From a virus (Duplodnaviria > Caudoviricetes), in IMG/VR virus record IMGVR_UViG_3300031669_000010, positions 1-64,000 of that record: a stretch of DNA of 64,000 bases; one strand, given 5' to 3'. The translations under genes and the position numbers were made by a program. Numbering within the stretch: position 1 is the stretch's first letter; each line of letters begins with the position of its first letter. Of this stretch, positions 53,327 to 63,000 are shown one piece after another. The notes under the pieces are model-generated. The model saw only the letters and a program-made list of their open reading frames with translations, had not been told where the DNA came from and searched no databases.

Positions 53327-54058
53327 ATGAATATTAATGAAAATGTAAAACTCGTTTTAAGAGATGTTTATTTATATGATATTGAAGCGTGTCATTATAC
53401 AATCATGACAAAACTCGGAATGGATTTAGCAGGTGTTGATAGAGATAACAAATCAGAAAGAAATATTCACATTGGTAAAATGATGAGAAAGAATCCGAAG
53501 CTAACATCTATTCTACGAAACACAACCCGATCAATAATTGATGAATATATATCACGCAATAACATCAAAGAGAGTGACATTATCCTTAGACAGTACGATG
53601 GTATTATTACAACCAAAACTTTAAGAGAAACCAACATACAGCATATACCATTAAACATAAGGCAACATTTTCAAATATTCATTTGTTCTTTTGATCGAAA
53701 AAAGTACATCGCATTTGATAGTCAAAATGAAACAACCATAAAAGGTATTGCATTTAGATATGATGCCATGGACAAAATATACGAACAGATTTGTAGAATC
53801 AATTACGCCAATAAAGATTCTATATTCAGAAATCTACAAAGAATAAAAGATAAATTCATGACAACACAAAATGCTAGAATGTTTGCTATTCCATTGAAGA
53901 ATGGAAAGGTAAATATCTTTCTGAGAGATTATGGTGAGATGGAGATTTCACCGCAGACATTAAAAATCATAGACACAGACGATATTGATAAGGAAAGGTA
54001 TTTCAAGTTTTATATTGAACCATTCACTAAAAGTATTGTCACAGAATTTGTGAGGTAA
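53327..54058 (+). CDS. Putative stand-alone DNA polymerase palm-like protein
   Basis: YDIEACHYTI and RQYDGIIT resemble the two acidic palm motifs; assignment by eye only. Confidence 0.4.
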   Translation: MNINENVKLVLRDVYLYDIEACHYTIMTKLGMDLAGVDRDNKSERNIHIGKMMRKNPKLTSILRNTTRSIIDEYISRNNIKESDIILRQYDGIITTKTLRETNIQHIPLNIRQHFQIFICSFDRKKYIAFDSQNETTIKGIAFRYDAMDKIYEQICRINYANKDSIFRNLQRIKDKFMTTQNARMFAIPLKNGKVNIFLRDYGEMEISPQTLKIIDTDDIDKERYFKFYIEPFTKSIVTEFVR

Positions 54059-54062
54059 AAAC

Positions 54063-54665
54063 ATGCTTATATTAAACTTAGCAGCAGGAAAAATCAAGCC
54101 TTTAATTGAAGGCAAAACTCCGGGTCCACATGTTCTGTTAAATCTGGATACTTCATATTATTCATATATGGATCCGGATGTTATTGAAGAAACCATTAAC
54201 CTGGTTCAAGAAAGAGGACACACAAAAGACTTTGAATACTTTACCAATGAGGATGCTTTTACATTCATGGAAAGAACAACTCTGATATTTGATAGAGTTT
54301 GTATCTATAGATTCCTTGAACATATTCCATTTGAAAAAGTTCCCTATTTCATATATCTTCTATCAACTATTACAACGCCAGGTGATGATATAGTTGACGT
54401 AATTGTGCCGAACTATGAAATCTTGGCAAAAATGATTTTGGGTGAGAGTCCTTTGAGTGACTTAGTAAACTTTGAGGCACATAACATTCTATTGACAACA
54501 GAACTTTTGAATGAGCCAGGATGCCCACATGCTTCAATCTGGACCGAAGCAAGAGCAGAATACTTTTTCAATTTAGAAGGTAGATTTGAAATAATTGAAA
54601 CTGATCCGAATTACTCATTTGACGGTCGTAATATCTATCTAAGATTTAAGGCACGACGAATATGA
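54063..54665 (+). CDS. Class I SAM-dependent methyltransferase-like protein
   Basis: LNLAAGK at the N-terminus, RFLEHIP, TTPGDDIVDVIVP. Confidence 0.6.
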   Translation: MLILNLAAGKIKPLIEGKTPGPHVLLNLDTSYYSYMDPDVIEETINLVQERGHTKDFEYFTNEDAFTFMERTTLIFDRVCIYRFLEHIPFEKVPYFIYLLSTITTPGDDIVDVIVPNYEILAKMILGESPLSDLVNFEAHNILLTTELLNEPGCPHASIWTEARAEYFFNLEGRFEIIETDPNYSFDGRNIYLRFKARRI

Positions 54666-54964
54666 TACTTCAGTCAAAATCATCAGGAGATGGAGGTGGT
54701 GGTTGTGGATATAGTATCAAACAACCAACCCATCGTGAAACCCTTTATCGTTCAACTTTAGCATTATATGTTGATTATCAAAACGGAGTCCAGATTCACA
54801 AAAATAAATACAGTAATATTACTGGAAAACCTACCACAGAACAGTTGGTTGATATTATGTGTCGTGTATTTGTGGAACACGCCTTCGACGGTAGAATGAA
54901 ACTATTTCAGGCAGGAATGGAAGAAAAATTGAAACGGGCGGTTAATGAAATAATAAAGGAGTAG
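54662..54964 (+). CDS. Hypothetical protein
   Basis: 100 aa; coupled to neighbours. Confidence 0.5.
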   Translation: MILQSKSSGDGGGGCGYSIKQPTHRETLYRSTLALYVDYQNGVQIHKNKYSNITGKPTTEQLVDIMCRVFVEHAFDGRMKLFQAGMEEKLKRAVNEIIKE

Positions 54965-54966
54965 GT

Positions 54967-55893
54967 ATGACACCATTTAATGAACGAGCAGCAGTAATGG
55001 GTCTTGATTCATCTCTCGCATATAAAGGTATGTTTTCATATAGCGATAGATACGGCGAAGTCGTTTACCGCCAACTTTCAACACAGTTTGTAGACATTCA
55101 AGATCCAAATGGACATCCAACAGACGGCCTTCCAATTTCAAAGTATGGAATATATACGAAGGGCCCTGATTGGCAAGACTATTTGTATGCAGGGAACGTT
55201 TCCGATATGTACAAGTTCATCGGAAATGATGTTTTGAATCAAAGGATAAGGGATGCTATTACTTCTATTGGTATGCCAATTATGACAGAGAATGCAGTAC
55301 CAAGTTTGCTTCTGACTAAACTCAGGAATGAAATTATCATTCAAAGTTCTCAGCAAGCTCCTGATGTTGGTGATATCTTACCGGTTATGATTGTCAATAA
55401 CAGTTATGATGGAACAAGAGCAGCATCAGTTGCTTTTGGTATTGCCACAAGCTATCGTGGTGACAGAGTTATCTTTGGTTTTAGTCTCGGTGAAATGCGA
55501 CAAGTTCATATCGAGAGTTCAACCACAAGCATGTCATCTGCAATCGCATCATATATGCAAGTGTTTTCGGACAACATTCTCGACATGATAACGGGAAGTT
55601 TTAATAGCACCTTAACCGAAGATGAAATGATGGCAACTCTAGATGTTATTGAAGGAATGGGCAAAAAGAGAAGGGAAGGAGTTTCAAACCTTCTTCAAGA
55701 AATGATGCCTGCTCCTATTGAAGGACAACCACCACCATTACCAACAGCGTGGTTGGTCTTCTTGGCAATTGTACGATATAGCAGTTTTGAACCCAACCTG
55801 AATATGAAAAGGTTGATGGAGAATGCTGCAGAATCCGTACTTGTCATTCCCGCACGGATGTATGAAGTCCTTGAAAGACTTCCTGTATCATAA
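54967..55893 (+). CDS. DUF932-like protein
   Basis: ILPVMIVNNSYDGTRAASVAFG resembles the DUF932 NSxDG motif. Confidence 0.5.
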   Translation: MTPFNERAAVMGLDSSLAYKGMFSYSDRYGEVVYRQLSTQFVDIQDPNGHPTDGLPISKYGIYTKGPDWQDYLYAGNVSDMYKFIGNDVLNQRIRDAITSIGMPIMTENAVPSLLLTKLRNEIIIQSSQQAPDVGDILPVMIVNNSYDGTRAASVAFGIATSYRGDRVIFGFSLGEMRQVHIESSTTSMSSAIASYMQVFSDNILDMITGSFNSTLTEDEMMATLDVIEGMGKKRREGVSNLLQEMMPAPIEGQPPPLPTAWLVFLAIVRYSSFEPNLNMKRLMENAAESVLVIPARMYEVLERLPVS

Positions 55894-55901
55894 GAATTAG
55901 A

Positions 55902-55932
55902 ATAGAGCGATACTGACCGGGTATCGCTCTAT
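55902..55932 (+). terminator. Inverted repeat, probable terminator
   Basis: Perfect ATAGAGCGATAC / GTATCGCTCTAT stem at the boundary between replication and structural genes. Confidence 0.6.
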
Positions 55933-55960
55933 CCTACAACTTTTATGTCTATTTTTTTTG

Positions 55961-55979
55961 GAACAAAAAAATAAAGGAG
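55961..55979 (+). promoter_or_regulatory. GAAC-A-tract motif, copy 3
   Basis: GAACAAAAAAATAAAGGAG directly before the 55985 start. Confidence 0.4.
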
Positions 55980-55984
55980 CTAGA

Positions 55985-57262
55985 ATGCCAGAGGAAAAAA
56001 GAGTATATACCCCAAGTAGATCGTATGATATCCAGGTTAAGATAAAGAATCTGGATTATACAAATGATATGATCCGTGTGGTGTTCGCCTCATCGCTATC
56101 AACTGCATATCAAGTTGTAACATTGCAGATGAATATCGATCCAAACGATGTTATATTAGAGGACATATTCGGAGGCCAACCCATTAAATTGAGTATTACT
56201 CTGCATAGAGAGCAAGTATATCCTGGCCCAAGAATTGATGTTGAATTGATGTATGTTTCTTCGGATTTTCAATTAACTGAAAAAAGTGAGATGTCAACTG
56301 GGTCTCAAAAAGACAGAACTACTTTGAATATAGTTACAGTTGTAAGAAATTCATATAAAATTATGAACTCTCTTGTTAATAGAGTATTCATAGGAACAAA
56401 TCTTTCATCTATAATATCGGCCTTAGCTAGTGATGTTGGAGCAACATTACAGTATGATTCTAACGGAAGAAATAATGCATCAATTGATCAAGTTTGTATT
56501 CCTCCAACAACATTCTATAATATAATTAAGGAGCATACAAGAAATTCTGCTGATGTATTTGATGGATATTTAGATCAACGATTTGGTTTGTTCAATGGAG
56601 TACCTGGGGTGTTCTGTCAACATGATAGTAAAGTTTATATTATGAATTTAACTGCAAAACTAAGTAAAGATCAAACATTCACAGTATATGAACTTTCAGC
56701 TTTAAAAGACAAAAAAGAACTAGAAAGAATCGCAAGTGAAACACTGAACGGTAACGTCTTTTATACATACAACACAGTAGATACAGATTACTCTGGCAAT
56801 GCAAAATTTGCAAAGTTAGCAACTACATTGAATCATCTTGTACGACCAAATGATACACTAACTGCCACTATATCTCAGGAATTAAGAAGTGTTGCGAAAG
56901 ATTATTCACTTGTTTATTTGACTCAATCGACAACTCCAAATTTACATATAGATTCAGCAGTTGATAGAATAAGATACTACAATGAAGACACTGGCTTCAA
57001 TACAGAAACAGCTATCTTTAATTCCAGATTTTCAAGAACAATTGCTGATTTATCGACAATATCATTAGACATTGAAAGAAATCTTCCAGTGTTGAATTTA
57101 ATTCAGGTGGGTGAGTGTGTGAAGTTTAAACCTAAGACTGTGGAATATGCTGATTTAGAAGGAAAGTATATTTTATGGAGTTCAGTAATAGAATTTTCAA
57201 GAAACGTTGATTGGGAAACTACAGCAAGAATAAATTTAGTTAGAACAAATAAGAAGAATTAG
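55985..57262 (+). CDS. Probable virion structural protein (baseplate hub/tail-like)
   Basis: Beta-rich; adjacent to terminase; start moved to ATG 55985. Function inferred from context. Confidence 0.45.
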   Translation: MPEEKRVYTPSRSYDIQVKIKNLDYTNDMIRVVFASSLSTAYQVVTLQMNIDPNDVILEDIFGGQPIKLSITLHREQVYPGPRIDVELMYVSSDFQLTEKSEMSTGSQKDRTTLNIVTVVRNSYKIMNSLVNRVFIGTNLSSIISALASDVGATLQYDSNGRNNASIDQVCIPPTTFYNIIKEHTRNSADVFDGYLDQRFGLFNGVPGVFCQHDSKVYIMNLTAKLSKDQTFTVYELSALKDKKELERIASETLNGNVFYTYNTVDTDYSGNAKFAKLATTLNHLVRPNDTLTATISQELRSVAKDYSLVYLTQSTTPNLHIDSAVDRIRYYNEDTGFNTETAIFNSRFSRTIADLSTISLDIERNLPVLNLIQVGECVKFKPKTVEYADLEGKYILWSSVIEFSRNVDWETTARINLVRTNKKN

Positions 57263-57274
57263 GGGCAAAGCCCC
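57262..57274. terminator. Short GC hairpin between convergent ORFs
   Basis: GGGGC-AAA-GCCCC. Confidence 0.4.
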
Positions 57275-57293
57275 CACTCTTATTATTACCACG

Positions 57294-57359
57294 TCAGCAA
57301 AGAATTGAAATAAAAAATAATTTAACACTACTTGAAACTCCTAATCCGCTCTTCTTCAT
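57294..57359 (-). CDS. Putative 21-aa minus-strand peptide MKKSGLGVSSSVKLFFISILC
   Basis: AAGGAG RBS 5 nt upstream, CTATATATATTAAT motif upstream on the same strand, hairpin downstream. Confidence 0.4.
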   Translation of the reverse strand: MKKSGLGVSSSVKLFFISILC

Positions 57360-57413
57360 TTTTTCTCCTTTTCAAAGTTGATTGTTAAAAAATTCACAAT
57401 TTCTCTTTCATTA

Positions 57414-57427
57414 ATTAATATATATAG
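57414..57427 (-). promoter_or_regulatory. CTATATATATTAAT motif, copy 3 (minus strand)
   Basis: Plus strand reads ATTAATATATATAG. Confidence 0.5.
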
Positions 57428-57450
57428 ACCGAGATGCCTATCTAAAATTA

Positions 57451-57468
57451 GAACAAAAATAAAAGGAG
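57451..57468 (+). promoter_or_regulatory. GAAC-A-tract motif, copy 4, before terminase
   Basis: GAACAAAAATAAAAGGAG. Confidence 0.4.
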
Positions 57469-57474
57469 CATAGT

Positions 57475-59133
57475 ATGCCAAAACTTGAAGTCAGTGAAAT
57501 GCATGATATGGCAGATGAGTATATAACAGAATATCTCAAATGCAAAGCGGATTTTGACTACTTCTGCCGTAAGTATATATACATTGAAATTCCTGGCAAG
57601 GACGTTCTCCTACAACCATACAAGAAACAGGTTGAACTTGTTAACCTTGTGGAAAAGAAACATTATGTGCTCGTACTCAAGAGTCGACAGATAGGAATCT
57701 CTACAATCATCCAGGCATATTCTGCTTGGTTAACGATTTTCTTTGATAATGCAGTTATTGGTATTATTTCAAAGGATGGAAAAGAAGCTACCGACTTTGC
57801 TCGTGCAATTAGAGGTATGGTCGAAAAACTTCCGGAATGGATGAAGCCACCGAGAGGCCCCTTGGGAAGAGGTTTCGCAAAGAGAACAGAGCAATCATTT
57901 ATTCTTACAAATGGAAGTAAAGTATTTGCTTCACCTGTTAATCCCAATGCTCCTGATAAGACGCTTCGTGGTAAGGCCATTACTTTCTTGGTTATTGATG
58001 AGGCGGCATTCGTTCATCATATTGATACAGCATGGACTTCACTTGTACCAGCTTTATCAACTAACCAGATGCAAGCTAAAAAAGCACAAGTACCATACGG
58101 AACTGTTGTTCTTTCAACTCCAAACAAAACAAATGGAGTTGGTGAATGGTATTTCAGACGATATAGTAAAGCAGTTTCAAGAGATGATATTTTCGAACCA
58201 TTTGTAATTCATTGGAAAATGATTCCTGAATTAGCAGACGATCCAGAATGGTATGACACCCAATGTAGACTATTTGACCATGATCAACGAAAAATCGCTC
58301 AGGAGTTGGAGTTAAAATTCTTACCAACAGAAGGTTCATTTTTTGAAACAGATACTGTTGAACAACTTCAAAATTCTGTTAAAGAACCAACTGAAAGATT
58401 AAGACTGTTCAATGGTGAAATGTGGAGATTTAGTAGTCCAGTTCCTCAAAGATATTATATAATGGGAGTTGATACAGCACCAGAACATGGAGAGGATAAA
58501 TCAGCTGTAACAGTTTGGGATTATGAAACTCTTGAACAGGTCGCTGAATATCAAGGTAAGTGTAAAGTACTTGATTTTGTGAAAGTTGTCAAAGTACTTG
58601 CAATACAATACCCAGGAACAATTGTCATAGAATCGAACTCATATGGTAACCAGGTTGTTGAACAATTAAACAACAGTGAATTTTCATATATGGTGTATCA
58701 AGAAAGGCGAGGTAAACAAACAGTTCTTCCGGGATTATCGACTAATTCAAAAACAAGACCTTTAATGATTGATGCTTTATATTCATATGTAACACAATAC
58801 CCAGAATGTATTAAATCTGAAAGATTAGCACTTGAACTAACTGGTCTTGTTACAAAATCAAATGGTAAAGTTGAAGCAGATCATGGATGTCATGACGATT
58901 TAGCCTTGGCTACTTCATGTGTTCATTATGTACGAAAATACGATCCACCATTGTTAATTGATACTAAAGAATATTCTTCATTCTCAAATGAAATGGCCGG
59001 AATAATAGCCGGAAACTCAGAGCTTTCAAATAATTTCACTAACGAAGGTGTTATGAAACATGTAAAAGAGCGTGTTGGTAGTGGTGAACTGAGTGGATTT
59101 GTTGATATACTAAGTTTGTATGACCAACGATAA
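57475..59133 (+). CDS. terL: Terminase large subunit
   Basis: LKSRQIGIST (Walker A), LVIDEAAF (Walker B), STP coupling motif, nuclease GVDTA...DKSA and HDDLALA. Confidence 0.92.
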   Translation: MPKLEVSEMHDMADEYITEYLKCKADFDYFCRKYIYIEIPGKDVLLQPYKKQVELVNLVEKKHYVLVLKSRQIGISTIIQAYSAWLTIFFDNAVIGIISKDGKEATDFARAIRGMVEKLPEWMKPPRGPLGRGFAKRTEQSFILTNGSKVFASPVNPNAPDKTLRGKAITFLVIDEAAFVHHIDTAWTSLVPALSTNQMQAKKAQVPYGTVVLSTPNKTNGVGEWYFRRYSKAVSRDDIFEPFVIHWKMIPELADDPEWYDTQCRLFDHDQRKIAQELELKFLPTEGSFFETDTVEQLQNSVKEPTERLRLFNGEMWRFSSPVPQRYYIMGVDTAPEHGEDKSAVTVWDYETLEQVAEYQGKCKVLDFVKVVKVLAIQYPGTIVIESNSYGNQVVEQLNNSEFSYMVYQERRGKQTVLPGLSTNSKTRPLMIDALYSYVTQYPECIKSERLALELTGLVTKSNGKVEADHGCHDDLALATSCVHYVRKYDPPLLIDTKEYSSFSNEMAGIIAGNSELSNNFTNEGVMKHVKERVGSGELSGFVDILSLYDQR

Positions 59134-59146
59134 GGAGATGTTAAAT

Positions 59147-60058
59147 ATGGATGACCAAACCACGCAGATTTCCGAATTATTTGCTGCACCAAGAGGAGAT
59201 CTCAAAATAGCAGCGAATTTTGGTGGAGTCAAAATATATACATCCACAGTATTACAACAGAATTTTATAAAAGCAATGGTAAAGACTTCAAGAGTTTCTC
59301 CTATCGTACCAACATTAATAAAGCTAATGCAGAAAGGGGAATTTATTCCTTGTTACTTAACTGATAAAATTCTAAAAACAATTCTTAAAAGACAACCTCC
59401 TGAGTTTAAAGGATATGCAGGATTAACTCTCGGAAAGTTTATATTAACATTTGTTGACAATGAAACTAACATATTTGGATTTACTTCAAACAACGAACTA
59501 TCTGTAACAACTTTACACGAACTTATACACAAAGCATCTAATAAAAATCCAAAGTTATTTTATCAAACATTTAAAACAGAATTTACTTTGTTTTATAATT
59601 TTTATTGGTCACGAGTTTTTTCGGTTGAAAGAAGTGGGTTGGGTGTTAAAGAAACACAAAATCTAGTAGAATTTATTTATTTTACAACTGAATCAGGAGA
59701 CCGATCAAACAAAGCATTATCAACTTATTACAGAAAGTTGTTAGAAACTTTCCAGGATATAACAACATTAAATAAAGAAGAGTTAGATAAACTGGTTACC
59801 CAATATATCATTCTCATAAAAATTATATGGAAAGCGATGTCTTCAAGTGCTCCAACATTAATTGAAAAAGCAGTTTTCGCAAATCGTTCTATTATTGTTC
59901 CTTTATACACAGCTTATAAAACTGCGTTTGGAATAAATGTAAAGAGCATTAAAGAATTATGTTATCAAGAACTTTATGCACCATCTGAAGTTATTTCGCT
60001 TCCCGCATTAGTAAAACGTCCAAGTGCAAAAGTATATAAAATGGTTAACACACTGTAA
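59147..60058 (+). CDS. Hypothetical virion-region protein with HExxH motif
   Basis: TTLHELIHK; start moved to ATG 59147. Confidence 0.6.
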   Translation: MDDQTTQISELFAAPRGDLKIAANFGGVKIYTSTVLQQNFIKAMVKTSRVSPIVPTLIKLMQKGEFIPCYLTDKILKTILKRQPPEFKGYAGLTLGKFILTFVDNETNIFGFTSNNELSVTTLHELIHKASNKNPKLFYQTFKTEFTLFYNFYWSRVFSVERSGLGVKETQNLVEFIYFTTESGDRSNKALSTYYRKLLETFQDITTLNKEELDKLVTQYIILIKIIWKAMSSSAPTLIEKAVFANRSIIVPLYTAYKTAFGINVKSIKELCYQELYAPSEVISLPALVKRPSAKVYKMVNTL

Positions 60059-60071
60059 GGAGATACACTAG

Positions 60072-63000
60072 ATGGCAGACAATGAAAACATTAGACCAAG
60101 TGCAGATCTGCTAAATGATACAAGTATAAACATGGCAAGCGATAGAGCCCGCCGTATCAGTAGTTTACACAGAACATCTGAAGATCTCGTTCGACAGTCA
60201 AATACTAAAAGACTGCAAGTATCAAGTGAGATCAGTGCGATTACGAAGCAACAACAAAAAATGAAGGCAACACTTGAACTTGAACGTGGAGAAATGACAA
60301 CCGATATAGCTAGTGGCTATAGTGAAGTATTAAAAGGTTTAGGACGTACAATTAATTCTCTTGCAACCGGTGTGAAGAATATAACTATAGACACAGGTAA
60401 AGCAACATCTGATGCAATCAGCCAATATGGTAAGGCTGTTGGTGAAGATATAAGTATTAACAAAACCAACACTATAGCAATGGCCCTGTCAAGATCAACC
60501 CCTTTGTTTGGATACTTTGCGGCAAAATTCATGGAGACAGATGTCTTCAAAAATGCAGCCACTGGAATAAAAGATAGAGTTACTGATGCAATGAAAGAGG
60601 GTGTGTCAAGAGCTGGAAGTGGTATTGCTAACGTATTCAGACGTGGTAAAGAAAAACTAGATGAAAGCAAGGAAGTACATCCAGCCACAGTGTCCGATTT
60701 GGCACAACTCAAAAGAGATATGGCAGGTGAAATGCCAAAGCTTCAAGAGGGTGGTTATGTTAAACAAGGCGGTGTGGTTGAAGTTCATGCTGCTGAAGTT
60801 GTAACTCCAATTGATAAACTTCTTAAACAAATTGATGAAGCAAAATCTTCTGATATATCAAGAAAATTAGACAAGACATTGTCTATGATGTCTCAAAGTC
60901 TAACAAGATTAGAAACTGTAGTTGTACAACGAGAAGATAGTCAAAAGGGACTTGTACAAACATTCATTCAGGAGTTTATGAATGCTAAAAATACAAGAGA
61001 ATCAGCATATCAAGAAAGATTGTTAAAAGCTATTCTTGAGTTGAAAGTTGGTCTTATTGGTATGACGTCTAGAATTAGAATTGCATGGCAGAGAACATTG
61101 CTTCAGCATCCACTGTTTAGAAATATTTTATTCTTTTCTGATTTAGTTCAAACCGCTATGTTAAGTCCTATTAAATTTCTTTTTGGAGTTAGAGGCGGAT
61201 ATGCTGGAGATGTTAGGGGTGCAACCAGAACAAATAATGTATTCTTAAAAATATCAAATCTGCTGGCAATGACATATACAACTTTAATGCCAAAGCTTGA
61301 TGATATTGCTTTATATACAAAGGCTACCGCCGAGGGAATTGTTGGTGGGCCTGTTGAAGGAGCAACACAACAAGGATACACAATGTTCGGCAAAATAAAA
61401 GAGATGCTAACCACAAGATCAATTCAATCGCCCGGTGAAAAAATATTTGATATGCTGATTGATAGGCTTGGTCTTGACCGTGGTGCAATGGAAGAAGCTG
61501 GAATTACAGGAATTGGTGGGTTTGCTCATCCTGGTCGTATTATGAGAAACATGGGAGCATCAGGAGAGAATCTTAGAGCAACTGCGTTTGGTGAAAGTAG
61601 GGATAGAAGACCTGAAGATAATCCTATTTATAAAGTATACGCTTATTCAAGAGATAAAGCTGAAAACGTTTGGCATTATATGTCAAACAAACTTAGTGAA
61701 TTGTCAAACATGAAAAGGGATCAAGAAGACAGAGAGGGTCCTCATTCGCCAAGTATGGCAGAGAACATTGCAAAGACAGCAGGGCTTACTGAAGATAGAT
61801 TAGAGGATGCTAAAAATTCTGATGAGCAGGCAAACAAAATTCGTAAATCCCAACTTGGTTTAACCAAAAGAATGGGAAAACGATTAAGAAAAATGGGAAG
61901 TCAGATTTGGGATTGGCTCCTATTTGGTTTTACTTTTCTTAAAGACATGTTCTTTAAAGGAATAGGAACATTAAAAACATTCTTACAACCATTGATTACA
62001 GCAGCTCTAACTGCTGGTGGAGCAGCCTTATCTAAAATAGGCGGAGTCGGAGGATTGGCAGGAGGTATGAGTCTCGCTGCTGGTGTTGCGATGGGTGTTT
62101 ATGATGGTATGCGGGCTGTTGCATTATCAGATGAATGGAAAACCAGTAAAGCTTCAGCAGCAGTAGGAGGATTCCTCGGAGGTACTGATAAGGGAGTATC
62201 TGGTGCTGCTAAAGGTGCTTTAAAAGGTGGACTGATTGGAGCAGGTATTGGTTCATTCTTCCCAGTTGTCGGTACAGCAATTGGTGGCGCAATCGGTGCA
62301 ATTGCTGGTGGTATTCTTGGATTTATTGGTGGTGAGAATATTGCTTCAGGAATTGATGCTTTAGCAGGATATCTTAAAAAGTTTATCATGGCAGCTTGGG
62401 GTATTATCAAGTGGCCGTTTGAAATGATAGGAAAAGGATTCACTTGGTTGAAAGAGAATCTAACTTGGGAAAATATTAAAGCCTGGGCAATTACAGGATG
62501 GGATACGTATTGGTCATTCATTACATGGCCATACAAAAAAGCAAAGGAAGGAATTGACTGGGTTTATAAGAAAGCCAAAGAATTCCTTACAACGGGATGG
62601 TTGGGTGAAAATTTAGATACAATAACTTCATTCATTACATGGCCATATAGAAAAATTAAAGAATTGTGGACATCAGTAAAAGAGTTTTTTACATCTGATG
62701 AGCCTCTTTCGGTTAAAGCACAAAAAGTAATTGATTTTGTTACATGGCCAGTAAGAAAGATATTGGAAGTTAAAGATTGGGTTATGGAAAAAATCTCATC
62801 GCTATTATCAGATACTTGGTTAGGTCAAAAGGTACAGAAAGTGATTGATTTTGTTACATGGCCATATAGAAAAATTAAAGAATTAAGTCAATCAGTAAAA
62901 GACTTTTTTACATCTGATGAACCTCTTTCGGTTAAAGTACAGAAAATAACTGATTTTATTACATGGCCAATGCGAAAAATAATGGAACTAAAAGATTGGG

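Noticed and set aside
5973-59133. Inteins or group I introns in the RNAP, topoisomerase, helicase or terminase genes
   Set aside because: ORFs are continuous and of expected or shorter size, with no C/S...HN splice motifs or LAGLIDADG/HNH inserts seen.
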